Shown piece by piece: positions 1-12,649 of a DNA stretch of 64,000 nucleotides. Made by a program: the position numbers and the translations under genes. The notes below the pieces were generated by a model that saw only the letters and a program-made list of their open reading frames with translations, did not search any database and was not told the DNA's origin. The number at the start of each line of letters is the position of its first letter. Positions within the stretch are counted from its first letter, which is position 1. The stretch is from Yuukianura sp. NJ FZ-2021 (Eukaryota), in contig CM102284.1 of assembly GCA_046563655.1 (NCBI GenBank), forward strand, positions 4,402,001 through 4,466,000. Direction: 5' to 3'.

Positions 1-30
1 TTAAGTATTTCGTAAATTATTTATTTTCAG

Positions 31-141
31 TTGTTTGCTACTGTTGAGCAGAATGGAACACACAGCATGTGCTGCGAAGCCAAGAAAATTTTAGGAGCGG
101 ATTCAGTTGTAAATGGAACTCCAAAAGAACAAGACGCTTAA
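31..141 (+). CDS. Probable terminal coding exon of a gene lying upstream of the window (LFATVEQNGTHSMCCEAKKILGADSVVNGTPKEQDA*)
   Basis: ttttcag acceptor ending at 30, open frame to TAA 139-141, AATAAA near 349. Identity unknown; may be the intact parent of the aminotransferase fragment at 5.9-6.5 kb. Confidence 0.5.
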   Translation: MFATVEQNGTHSMCCEAKKILGADSVVNGTPKEQDA

Positions 142-762
142 CTTAAAATTTTTTTGAAACAACACGTTCTCCTTGAACACGTTCTTAAAACTCCTACAGA
201 TTTAAGATGCATGACGACTTAACTTAATGCGAGATTTTTAGAATTCCGAATTTTGAGATTTTTAGAAATTCGAAACATGCCTTACTAACTTCAGCCAAAA
301 ATTCTCATGAAGAAAAGACAAAAAGCTGAAAAATAGTGGAATTTGACTAAATAAATCAATATTTTTTTTCTCTTCAAAATTTTCTACACAAATTCAAATG
401 TGCTAAATAATTTAATTTATTAACGTAAGCATGCACATTTTTAAAACCAAAATCACAAAATCTAACACGTTCTGTTTTATAGGATTCATGATTTTCAAAA
501 AATTAAAAAAAATTAGGAAAAGTGATTTAGCACAACCAAGAGATCGTTGGAGCCTTGAAGTCTCTTAAAGTCACAATGTAGTTTTATTGTAGAGCTTGTT
601 GAAGATTGGTGTTGCAGATTTATTAGAGAGGTTTATTAAGGTTGATTAGAGAGATTTATTAAGAGTGGTTATTGTAGAGTGGTTGAAGGCTTGAAAAAGT
701 ACGTAAAGTGCCATTATTGATGCGGTTTACTGCGTCAGGGTACTTAGGAAGTGACCTTGACA

Positions 763-3700
763 TCAGTCAAGTTTGGAATACATGTCAGCCAACTGTGGCT
801 TGAAATACTCTTTGAGTTGTGGCCGTTTCGATTTGAGTGTGGGCGTCAGAAGGCCATTTTTGACAGAGAATGGATCCGGATGGAGGTAGATGTCTTTTAC
901 CTATGAGTAACACAGGGATTAATTAACTTAACTTTTACTAATTAGTTTCATTCAATTAGTAAAATTCGGTGTTCTTACTTGTTCGAATGATTTAAGTCCT
1001 GCTTTCTTTCCATAGAGAATGAGTTCATCAAATATCATATTTTTGACTCTTTCGTCGTTACAGAGAACGGACAGCGTTCCAACGATTCCGTTGTCCACTG
1101 CCCACTCCTTGACTGCTTCCACATCAGGCACAACTATTGCTATGACGCAAGACTTTAGAGATTCACCATACAGGTAGATTTGAGACACGAATGGACTTCT
1201 GAGGTAAATGTTCTCAATTTTCTCCGGAGCGATGTACTCGCCTTGAGACAACTTGAAGATATGTTTCTTCCGGTCAATGATTTTCAGCGTTCCATTCTTC
1301 AAAAGAAAAATTTCAAAATTTCAATTTTTTTCAATTTATGAAAAGTATCACGTTTAACTGATGGAGGTGCTTACAGGCAGCCAAGATCCAATGTCACCCG
1401 TGTGCAAATATCCATCAGAATCGATGACTTCCTTTGTCCTTTCAGGATCCTTGAGGTAGCCCTTGAAAATTGTTGTCCCAGTGACACAAATTTCACCTGA
1501 AAGCCACAAATGACAAATTAAAATGTCAAAATTTTGAATACGGGCGACATTTTGCGTGTGCAGAGAAGTGTATGACACCTTTCACAACTTAATTTCGCCA
1601 AAATTTTGTGAAGGATTTTTTTTGAAGTTCACCTTGTCCTGCTGCTGCAAAGTATTCCATTTCAGGCACATCCACCTAGAATTTTGTCGGGATTTAAAAA
1701 TTTTTTGCCATGTATTCCTTCGAATGATTTTGATTCTTACGAGTTTGATTTTACAGCATGCCATAGGTGGTCCAACGTGGCCTGGAGTGCAGTCGCCTTG
1801 AATCGTTAAAGTACATGCCCCACCACATTCGGTTTGCCCATACGCTTCCACAACCTAAGAAAATACGTTGCGAAAAATTTGCAAAGAATATTTTTGTTTT
1901 ACCGCAACGCAATTTTCAAGTATTTTAAAACTTACGACACATCCAAGCGCTGCCCGAATAAAATTGAGAACATTTCCACTCAGGGGTGCCTGGAAAGCAA
2001 GAATTCAAACTTGGAATTACTCAGAGAATTGACCGTTCAGAAACTTCTGAATGCTAAAAACGACGTGGAAATGATAAAATTTTGTTTGCGCAACTTACAG
2101 ATGCAACAACTAGAAGCCGAAGCCTTCCGCCCATTCCTTCTTGAACTTTCCGAAATATCAGCATGTCCCAAATACTATTTCTGCGCAAGATTCCCTTCTG
2201 CATCTCTGCAACTTTACTGCTGAGTGCCATGTCCAGTAGCTTCTTCTTGATGAATGAGCCGTTCGTAGATGCCATGGCCTAAGTTCAAGGTCAAATTCAT
2301 TATCTTTAGGTTACCAGTTATGTCAATTCAATAATGCTGACCTTGTCGTATATTCTATTGAGCAATCGTGGAACGCTCGGTGACAATGTGGGTTTTAGAG
2401 CCTTGAAATCCTCTGGTAGTTTCTCGACGTCACCTCCGAAGAATCCTACACAGGCACCTTCCATATACATAAGAATCTATGACAACAAAGGGAAAGTTAA
2501 AAAAACTAGAAATTTTGAAAAATGTTGTTCAAAACGAACCTGACAGTTGTGTTCAAATGCGTGAGCAAGCGGAAGGAACGAGATGAAAACGTCAGTTTTA
2601 TTTGGACGATGTTCTCCCCACTGGAGACAGACTGCTGACACATCGGCTATTACATTCTCATGGCTGAGCATGACGCCCTTGGGAGTCCCGGTTGTTCCGG
2701 ACGTGTAGCATACAGTACATATGTCGTCAGGCCGCGGAGGCTATTTCAAAAAGAACAGCATTTTTTGAAATTTTGAAAAGCCTGTCAACACTTCTGAGCG
2801 TCAGTTTTCTAAGCAAAGTGAAAGTTCGGCGATTGCTTCCTTTTCAAAACTTTAATTCCAACCTGTTCAGGATATTCTGCCAGATGAGCCGCACCAAATT
2901 TTTCAACGTCTTCCAGCCGAAGGAGTTCAATTCCAAAGCGAACTGCTCTGTCAGCCGTAAGTGGTTTGACTTCCTTGATATGAATGATCCGTTTGAGACA
3001 AGATGGCGGTTTTCCACTTAGCAACATACTAATTTTAGCATCATCCTCACAGACAACCGTGGACATCTCAGCTAGAAGATTAGACAAAATTTCATAATGT
3101 AATAGTTTTCAATTTTGGAAAAAGTTTTTTTCAGGAAACTTACCTTGCTGAATTATGAATGCACAGGCTTCTTCTCCAAGCGTGTCATAAAGTGGAACGG
3201 TAACCATGGAATAACAGTAAAGGCCTTGTTCACACATGACCCATTCTGGACAATTCTTCGTGTAGACGCCAACGTAGGAGTAGGGCTTAAGACCTGTTCA
3301 AATTTTCGTTTTTGATCAAAATGTTCAGTTTTGCGATCTCTAAATTCATTCTTCACAAGAAAAGGATGACGAATTTTTTTTTTCAATAAATATTTTCACT
3401 TGTTTAAAGTTTTGTGGAAATGCTGACCTAAGTGAATGAGGCCACACCCAAAGTTTCGAGCTCGAAGTAGCGCTTCATTGTAGTGAAGCCACTGGTAAGG
3501 TCGATTCTGATTCTCTCTCCAGCCCAAACACTGTCCATTATCTAAAAAATTGTCAATCATTATTAAAATTAAACTGCAATTATAACCTCTGTTAATTGAA
3601 GTAAATTAAGTTTTAAATTGAAATTTCTCTTACTTGACTCACGAGCACCTCTTCGAAAAGCCTCATAAATAGTTTTCGCATCTTCATACAAAAACCGCAG

Positions 3701-5311
3701 AAGCTTTCCGTCTTTGGCATCTTTACAAAATCGGGAAGTTCGGATCATTTCTGGGCCCTTGAGTGGAACAAAGGAAAAAAAAATCAGGAACAAATTCGGC
3801 AAAACGGTGCTTCGATTTTTTACTATTAAAATCAAAGTTCGCCGAATCACACATACATAAACGAAACATACGTTTCAGACGTCGTTTTAAACGCCGAGGA
3901 ACAAGACGTACATCTTCTTTGTTGGTTTGAGGTAAATAGGCTACTATTCGAATATTTTGTATCATTGTCCACTTTTTTAGAGCAAAAATGACAGTTTCTC
4001 AACACTTTGCTCTGTTTTACCTTCAGGGAGTGGGTCCAGTATTCATTTTCACAGGTATATACCTAGTAAGTTAAATTGAAATTTAAAAATAGTTGAAAGC
4101 AAGATACCACAGGTGAATTTTTATCAATTCAGCCACGTCCAAAAGTTAGAATACAGATGAATTTTTATCATTTTATGTTTTGAAAAAAAACAAAACATTT
4201 TACAATTTTTCAAATTCTGCATAAATTAGGAAAATACAATTTTTCTCCAAAAGTTAAAAGCTAGAAAGTTTGGAGATATAATGACGTTGAAAAAACAACA
4301 ACGATGTTTTGGAATTTTTGATATTTAGCATAAATTAGGATTATACCTACACAACGTATAAAAGTTCGAGTAGCGTTGAATTTTTATGAATCCAAACATA
4401 ATTTAGATTCGATTCGGATGATCAGTGGTTGCAAATGATGTAGGTAGCCAGATTGTATTAATAAACCTAGCAAAATAATTCTGAAAAATACGGCAACAAC
4501 TAAAAAAGAGAAGATTTACTTAAACAAAGGGTTTTGCGTTTTTAGACAGACATTAGTTCAAGTCAAAAACAGCTTTTGAACAAACGAAATCCTTGGGAAA
4601 ATCATCGTAATTAACTAAATAACTGATCCTAACTAATTGCAATTCCTCGAATAATTACGAAAGTAGTAAACTGGAAAAATTTCATGGGATAACCCCAAGG
4701 TAAATAGAATAGTAATAGGTAAGGTCCTTTACGATTGTTTTTTCTAAAGCTGGTTGTTAGAATTCTTTGACTCCCCGTTCACTCGCAGTGAGGTCAGTTA
4801 CAATGCTGAGCTCAACATTTTCATCATTTTATAGCCAGAGTGAAAATTAGAGCCGTGTAGTTTGACTTATTAATTCGGGTTGTTGGATTTTTCCTCAAGC
4901 CTTACTAATTCACAAGTTAATTTTTAATTAAGTTTTCAACTCTGCTGTGGGAAATCAGAATCATACGTCCGTCATTAAAGGAGAAGGACATAGTGCTGCT
5001 GGCGCAAATAATCTTGTCATCTTCACCAAGCTACTCGTTTTACTTCTCACGGATTATTCTTGACTCGTGATTCTTACGAGCATTTTTTTAAGTTTCATAA
5101 ATGTTTAAGTACTATAAAAAAAAATTCTCGTTCTGTCGAATTTGAAATTACTTACGGGTTCAGTGAAGGCTTGTTCATCTAGTGGGAAAATTGGACGTTT
5201 GCCTTGCGGCCGAGTAATGATGTAGTAGGCTCCAGCAGCCGCCAAACTTCCAGCCACGACAACTATGGCCATGGGAACTCCTCCAGGCACCCATTCCAGA
5301 ACTTCATCCAT
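763..5311 (-). CDS. ACSL: Long-chain fatty acid-CoA ligase (ACSL1/5/6-like), copy A, 14 coding exons
   Basis: Spliced frame from MDEVLEW (ATG 5311) to MYSKLD* (763). N-terminal hydrophobic anchor, AMP-binding [68 protein letters not shown]. No stop or frameshift seen. Confidence 0.93.
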
Positions 5312-5859
5312 TTTGGTCACTACGGAAATATCACAAGAACAAAAAATATTTCAAAATTCAACTGAATTTTAATCGATTAGAAGTCGTTTCTACATGACAG
5401 GCTCAATCCAGCCAAAAATATTTCCAGAACAAACTTATTTATACTTGGTAGGATTGAAATGAAATGAAACCAAGATAGTTTGACCTTTAAAACCCCCCGA
5501 AACCTGAAATGAAGCAAGAGAAAAGATATTCGCGAGCAATGACACAATGCGAACACTTACACACCAGAACGAATACTGCAACTGACAAACCAAAATTCAA
5601 ACTTAAACAACGTTTTATATTCTACTCGTATATAAAAATGTCCGATTAAAAATGCACTACTGCTCGTACAAAGTTATAAAACTTACAATTAGTAAATAGC
5701 ACCGGTTTGTATTGAGCGTCATATCTCGTGTAATTAGGACTTTCCCAGGCGCAAGTCCCATCTGTATCTTTTTTCATCAGTACCATCTATAAAACTGCTT
5801 ACTCTTACTCTCACCATCTATAAATTCAATGCTGGTTTTCAGCAATTTATTTTCAAATG

Positions 5860-6522
5860 GTTCTAAGACTCCATGTCCTGATGTATATCGCGGGAAGTTC
5901 AGGGACAATGAAGGACTGACGCTGGAACAACTTGGACAACAGTATGCTGAACTGACGTAGTCAAAGACTTGATTACGAATGCTCACGGAAATGGAGGTGG
6001 AATGGCTTTTTATATTGCTGAAAGCTTCCAGAGCTGCGGAGGTCATATTGCCCCCCGGATACCTCCGAAGTGTTTGCCAATATGTGGGAAGCTGCGGTGG
6101 TGTTTGTATCGCTGACGAAGTTCAATGTTCAAGTCGGATTTGGTCGAGTTGGAACCAACTGGTGGGCATTTAAACTTCAAGGGTAAGCTCACAATTTGCA
6201 AAAGTTTACTTTTAATTGTCGAAATTATTAAAAAGGCTACTTTAGTCCACGGAAGTGACGTAATGATATCCTGTCCATCGGAAAACAAATGGGGAATGGC
6301 CATTCCATATCTGCTGTTGTGTAACTACTCCTGAGATTGCGCAAAGTTTTGCAAATACTGGAATGGAATACTTCAATACGTTAACATTCCTCGTTTTAGT
6401 AATTTTATTTTCCACGCAGCGTGAATTTGGACCAAGTGCCTGATAACTGCCAATATTGTTACACAGTGTGGAGGTAATCCAGTGTGCGCCATTGCCGTAA
6501 TGGATGCCATTGAGAGCGACTC
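5860..6522 (+). pseudogene. Degenerate internal fragment of a class III PLP aminotransferase-fold gene (ETNPPL/PHYKPL, AGXT2-like)
   Basis: Across frameshifts: PCPDVYRGKF, YIAESFQSCGG, VILPPGYL, GGVCIADEVQ / VGFGRVGTNWWAF (broken by a duplicated gttcaa at ~6120-6132), DILSIGKQMGNGH, TTPEIAQSFANTGMEYFNT, GGNPVC. Introns retained; no start or 3' exons. Confidence 0.85.
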
Positions 6523-7479
6523 TAAATAACGCGAGATTCAAGATTTTTAGAATTCAGAATTTTGAGATTTTTAGAAATTCGAAACATGCTTTACTACTTC
6601 AGCCAAAAATTTTCTCGAAGAAAAAACAAAAAACTGAAAACAGTGGAATTTGACTAAATAAATGAATATTTTATTTTTCGTTCTTCAAAATTTTCTACAC
6701 AAATTCAAATGTTCTAAATAATTCAATTTACTAACATAAGCATGCAAATTTTTAAAACCAAAATCACAAAATCTAACACGTTTGGTTCTAATTACTTTGA
6801 ATCAACAAAATCTAAGAGAGCAAGATGGCAAAAAATGACTCGATTGATTTTCTCTTTTCAGTTGTTTCGCTCATATCAGCTGCATGGTACATTTGGGTAA
6901 AATTCTTTCAACTAAATTTAAAATTATAACATTTTTAATTTTTTCGAATTTTAAAGCTACAATGTAGTAAAGACTAAATTCATCCCTGAAACCTAGAAAC
7001 AATTAATAAGTGTTTATATTAATTACAGGACTAAAATAAGGAAATATCACCACTTTTCCTTACAACTATATTCTAAAAATTCAAAATTTGACGTGGCCAT
7101 TGACTACCTTCAAGGGCAACAGAGACCTTCTTGGCTAGAATTCACTAGGTTTTAACTGAGCAGCAATTTAGTACGGAAAGTGCTATTAAACCTAAGGTCA
7201 ACCTAGGGTGAAAGTCATTTTCAAAACTGAATTTGAAGTGGGAATTTTTCTAACTTGGCCTAAATAACTTTTAATTAGGATTCATGATTTTCAAAAAAAT
7301 TAAAACGATTAGGAAAAGTGAGTTGTGCACAGCACAACCGAGGAGGATCGATGTGGCCTTGAAGTCTCTTAAAGTCACCATTTAGTTATTGTTAAGTGCT
7401 TGAAGGCTTGAAAAAGTACGTAAAGTGCCGTTATTGATGCGGTTTACTGCGTCTGAGTACTTAGGAAGTGACCTTGACA

Positions 7480-10400
7480 TCAGTCAAGTTTGGAATACAT
7501 GTCAGCCAACTGTGGCTTGAAATACTCTTTGAGTTGTGGTCGTTTCGATTTGAGTGTGGGCGTCAGAAGGCCATTTTTGACAGAGAATGGATCCGGATGG
7601 AGGTAGATGTCTTTTACCTATGAGTAACACAGGGATTAATTAACTTTTAGTAATTAGTTTCATTCAGTTAGTAAAATTCGGTGTTCTTACTTGTTCGAAT
7701 GATTTAAGTCCTGCTTTCTTTCCATAGAGAATGAGTTCATCAAATATCATAGTTTTGACTCTTTCGTCGTTACAGAGAACGGACAGCGTTCCAACGATTC
7801 CATTGTCCACTGCCCACTCCTTGACTGCTTCCACATCAGGCACAACTATTGCTATGACGCAAGACTTTAGAGATTCACCATACAGGTAGATTTGAGACAC
7901 AAATGGACTTCCGAGGTAAACGTTCTCAATTTTCTCGGGAGCTATGTACTCGCCTTGAGACAACTTGAAGATATGTTTCTTCCGGTCTATGATTTTGAGC
8001 GTTCCGTTCTTCAAAACAAAAGCAAAATTTAAAATTTCCCACAACTCTCCAAAAATCTTGTTTAACTGATTGAAAAGCTTACCGGCAGCCATGTCCCAAT
8101 GTCACCCGTGTGTAAGTATCCATCAGCATCGATGACTTCCTTTGTCCTTTCAGGGTCCTTGAGGTAGCCCTTGAAAATTGTTGTCCCAGTGACACAAATT
8201 TCACCTGAATGCCACAAATGTCAAATTAAAATGCAAAATTTTGAATACGGCCGACCTCCTATGTGAACGGAAAAGTTTGTGACACCTTTCACAACTTTTC
8301 GCAACACAACCTAACCTAATTTTTGTGAAGAATTTTTTTGTGCAGCTCACCTTGCCCTGCTGCTGCAAAGTATTCCATTTCAGGCACATCCACCTAGAGT
8401 TTTGTTAAGATTTAAAATTATTTGCCATCTTCACTGCTTGGAATAGTTTTGATTCTTACGAGTTTAATTTTACAGCAAGCTAAAGGTGGTCCAACGTGAT
8501 CTGGGGTACAGTCCCCTTGAATCGTGAAAGTACATGGCGCAACGCATTCGGTTTGTCCGTACCCTTCCACGACCTAGGAAAATACGGTACGATAAATTTG
8601 CAATTCCGAATAATTTGTTTAAACGTAATCCCACTGTTTTCCAGTATTTTAAAACTTACGACACATCCAAGCGCTGCCCGAATAAAAGTGAGAACATTTC
8701 CACTCAGGGGTGCCTTGAAAGCAAGAATTCGAACTTGGAATTAGGGAATTAACCGTTGAGAAACTTCTGAATCCTAAAAACGACGTGGAAGGGATAACAT
8801 TTTGTTTGCGCAACTTACAGATCCCACAACGAGAAGCCGAAGCCTTCCACCCATTCCTTCTTGAACTTTCCGAAATATCAGCATGTCCCAAATACTATTT
8901 CTGCGCATGATTCCCTTCTGCATCTCTGCAACTTTACTGCTGAGTGCCATGTCCAATAGCTTCTTCTTGATGAATGAGCCGTTCGTAGATGCCATGGCCT
9001 AAGCGCAAGGTCAAATCCATGTTGAGCTCAATATTATCAACTATCTCTATGCAGTAATGCTGACCTTGTCGTATATTCTATTGAGCAATCGTGGAACGGT
9101 CGGTGACACCGTGGGTTTGAGAGCCTTGAAATCCTCTGGTAGTTTCCGGATATCACCTCCGAAGAATCCTACACAGGCACCTTCCATATACATAGCAATC
9201 TAAAGCAAGCAAGAGAATGTTAAAAAACTTTTTTTTAAAAACGAAATTTTGAAAAAATGTTGTTCAAAACAAACCTGACAGTTGTGTTCAAACATGTGAG
9301 CAAGCGGAAGGAACGAGATCAGAACGTCAGTTTTATTTGGACGATGCTCTCCCAACTGGAGACAGACTGCTGACACATTGGCCATTACATTCTCATGGCT
9401 GAGCATGACGCCCTTGGGACTCCCGGTTGTTCCGGACGTATAGCATACAGTACATATGTCGTCAGGCCGCGGAGGCTATTTGAAAAAGAACAGCATTTTT
9501 TGAAATTTTGAAAAGCCTGTCAACACTTCTAAGCATCAGTTTTCTAAGCAAAGTGAAAGTTCGCGATTGCTTCCCTTTCGAAACTTTAATTCCAACCTGT
9601 TCAGGATATTCTGCCAGATGAGCCGCACCAACTTTTTCAACGTCTTCCAGCCGAAGGAGCTCAATTCCTAAGCGAACTGCTCTGTCAGTCGTAAGTGGTT
9701 TGACTTCCTTGATATGAATGATCCGTTTGAGACATGATGGCGGTTTTCCACTTAGCAACATACTAATTTTAGCATCATCCTCACAGACTACCGTGGACAT
9801 CTCAGCTAGAAGATAGAAAAAACTTCGTAATGTAATAGTTTTCAATTTTTGAAAAAGCTTTTTAAGGAAACTTACCTTGCTGAATTATGAATGCACAGGC
9901 TTCTTCTCCCAGCGTGTCATAAAGTGGAACGATGACCATGGAATAACAGTAAAGGCCTTGTTCACACATGACCCATTCTGGACAATTCTTCGTGTAGACT
10001 CCAACGTAGGAGTAGGGCTTAAGACCTGTTCAAATTTAATTTTCGTTTTTGATCAAAACGTTAAACATCACAAAATTCAGTTAAACTGGCAATTTCGCTT
10101 CAATTTTGACAAGGAAATGATGAAAAACATTATGTTTTAAAATGTTTTCATTTTTCGATTTTTCACTATTGAAATTTTGTAGAAATGCTGACCTAAGTGA
10201 ATGAGGCCACACCCAAAGTTTCGAGCTCGAAGCAGCGCTTCATTGTAGTGAAGCCACTGGTAAGGTCGATTCTGATTCTCTCTCCAGCCCAAACACTGTC
10301 CATTATCTAAAAAATTGTCAATCATTATTAAAATTAAACTGCAATTATAACCTCTGTTAATTGAAGTAAATTAAGTTTTAAATTGAAATTTCTCTTACTT

Positions 10401-12649
10401 GACTCACGAGCACCTCTTCGAAAAGCCTCATAAATAGTTTTCGCATCTTCGTACAAAAACCGCAGAAGCTTTCCGTCTTTGGCATCTTTACAAAATCGGG
10501 AAGTTCGGATCATTTCTGGGCCCTTGAGTGGAACAAAAGAGCAAAAGTTTAAAAAAAATCATTTCAAAAGTACCAGGAATTCTGATGTAACATACAAATC
10601 ATCAAAAAGGAAAATTGCGAAACATTGCGTGAGCTTGGCCAAAATTTCGAAAACAACAAAATTGCACAGATTAATTAGGCTACGAAGAGACCTCCGCGAC
10701 GACGCGGCGAACATAATTAGTTATACTGTTCGGGAGTTTCTAAAAAAAAATCTTGGTATTTTAGACTCATGACAATGGAAGGAGGTATGACTAAAATATG
10801 TGGGCAGAATATGAAGGTCACATAACTCAACAGCATTTTCTTTTCAATTTTTTTTGGACAAAATTCAACAAACTAGTTGTTAGTCCAAGTCAAAAAGAGC
10901 TTTTGAACAAAAGAAAACCTTGCAAAAGTCATCGAAATTAACTGATTCCAATTACTCGAATTACTACCAAAGTACATACAAAAGTACTTAATAAATGGGA
11001 AAGTTTTATGGAATCACAGAAGTTTCTTTTAGAAACAACAGATTTTGATAATTTAAAAACAAAATCCAACTTCAGATAAAACTGCAATCAAACTGTGTTA
11101 AATTATGAAAATATTAAATTATAGTATTAAAATTTTAATTACTTTTATAACTTCCGACTGATTTGCTAAACTTATGGGAGCACGAATAGGAACTGGAGGA
11201 GGACTTCCGAACCAACTCATTTTATAAATGTTTTTAACTTTCACTTTAAAGTTTAAGAGCTTTCACATTCACTTTTCTCTCCTTGCTTTTTTTGAACTTG
11301 AAATTTTGAAAATCTAAAGCTTTTTAAAGTTTCCAAAATGTTTTTGCCATCGCTAAATTTTTGAAAATTGTTCAAAAGGCCTGCTTGCGCTGATTGCGGA
11401 ACTAAGAATGAGCCCAATATGTAAAACTAAAAGAGAATTGAAAATTTGTGGATTTGTGTGCCAAATGGGAATCAGTGCCAAAAAGAATTTTTTCGCGAAG
11501 CTACTTCGACAGTCCAAGGGATCCACCTTGTTTTAAAAAGAAAAACAGGAGTTATGCAATTTTGTTCGCACCAGACGGAGGAAGTTCTTCATTTGATGTC
11601 ACTCGTTTAGCGTTTATGTTCTGAGGTTCATATAAAGTGAAGTTCTTATTTGATTTACTCTTTTATGCCTTTAAGCTTAAAAACCGAAGCGAAAAACACT
11701 TTTCTTAAAAAAAAGTTGAACAGCAGTGTTTGGAGTGTTTGGTTAGTGCTTGAAACATATGTTTCGTAATTACGAAAGTATGATGCCATGCACATGACCG
11801 GAGCAGCACGAAATATGCTGGCCGCCATTTCATGCCGCGTGCTTTCGAAATGCCATCACAGTAACAAAAAAATTTTTAATTGTTCTAAAAAAAAGTTGCT
11901 CACTTCAAATTCTTGTGACAAAGGTTTAGTAACTTTCTCTAGGAAAAGAAAATGTCAATCATTTGAAAATGGTTATGACAGGATGTGTCAATTTTGGACA
12001 TAACATGCCACCGGAAGGCCTTAGAAGATTTTCTCACAAGATTTGTTAACTTTGTAAAATAAAGTGTCATTATTGGTTAATTGAGAAAGTAAGAAGCTAA
12101 GACAATGCAAATAAGCTGAAGTCTTGCTAACTAAGAAGTTAATGTTTTAATTAAATTTTCAACTCTGCTGTGGGAAACCCGAATCAGGCGTCATTAATAG
12201 CAAAGGAAAAGGACTAAAAAGTTTCTTTTTTTCTGTTTTGTTTTTAACAAAATTACGAAATTTCTTTTGTTATCTTTCTAATTTCTTTTGCCAATTTGAG
12301 GTGTAATGAAACGCTGCGTGTTAAAGGCAAACCTTGTTTGTACAAAAGTACGAAGTATTGCGCAGGTTTTATTTCCCACGGATTTGTATCAATTCTCACA
12401 AGAATTTTCAGTTTTCATGAATTTTTGTTAGTAATAACTTGAAAAATATTCTAGTTTCGTCGAAATTTTAACTTCCAATTTGAAATTACTTACGGGTTCA
12501 TTGAAAGCTTGTTCATCTAATGGGAAAATGGGAGGTTTGCCTTGCGGTCGGGTACTGATGTAGTAGGCTCCAGCAGCCGCCAAACTTCCAGCCATAACAA
12601 CCGCGGCCATGGGAACTCCTCCAGGCACCCATTCCAGAACTTCATCCAT
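7480..12649 (-). CDS. ACSL: Long-chain fatty acid-CoA ligase (ACSL1/5/6-like), copy B, 14 coding exons
   Basis: Same exon structure and motifs as copy A ([24 protein letters not shown]); ATG 12649, TGA 7480. Confidence 0.93.
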
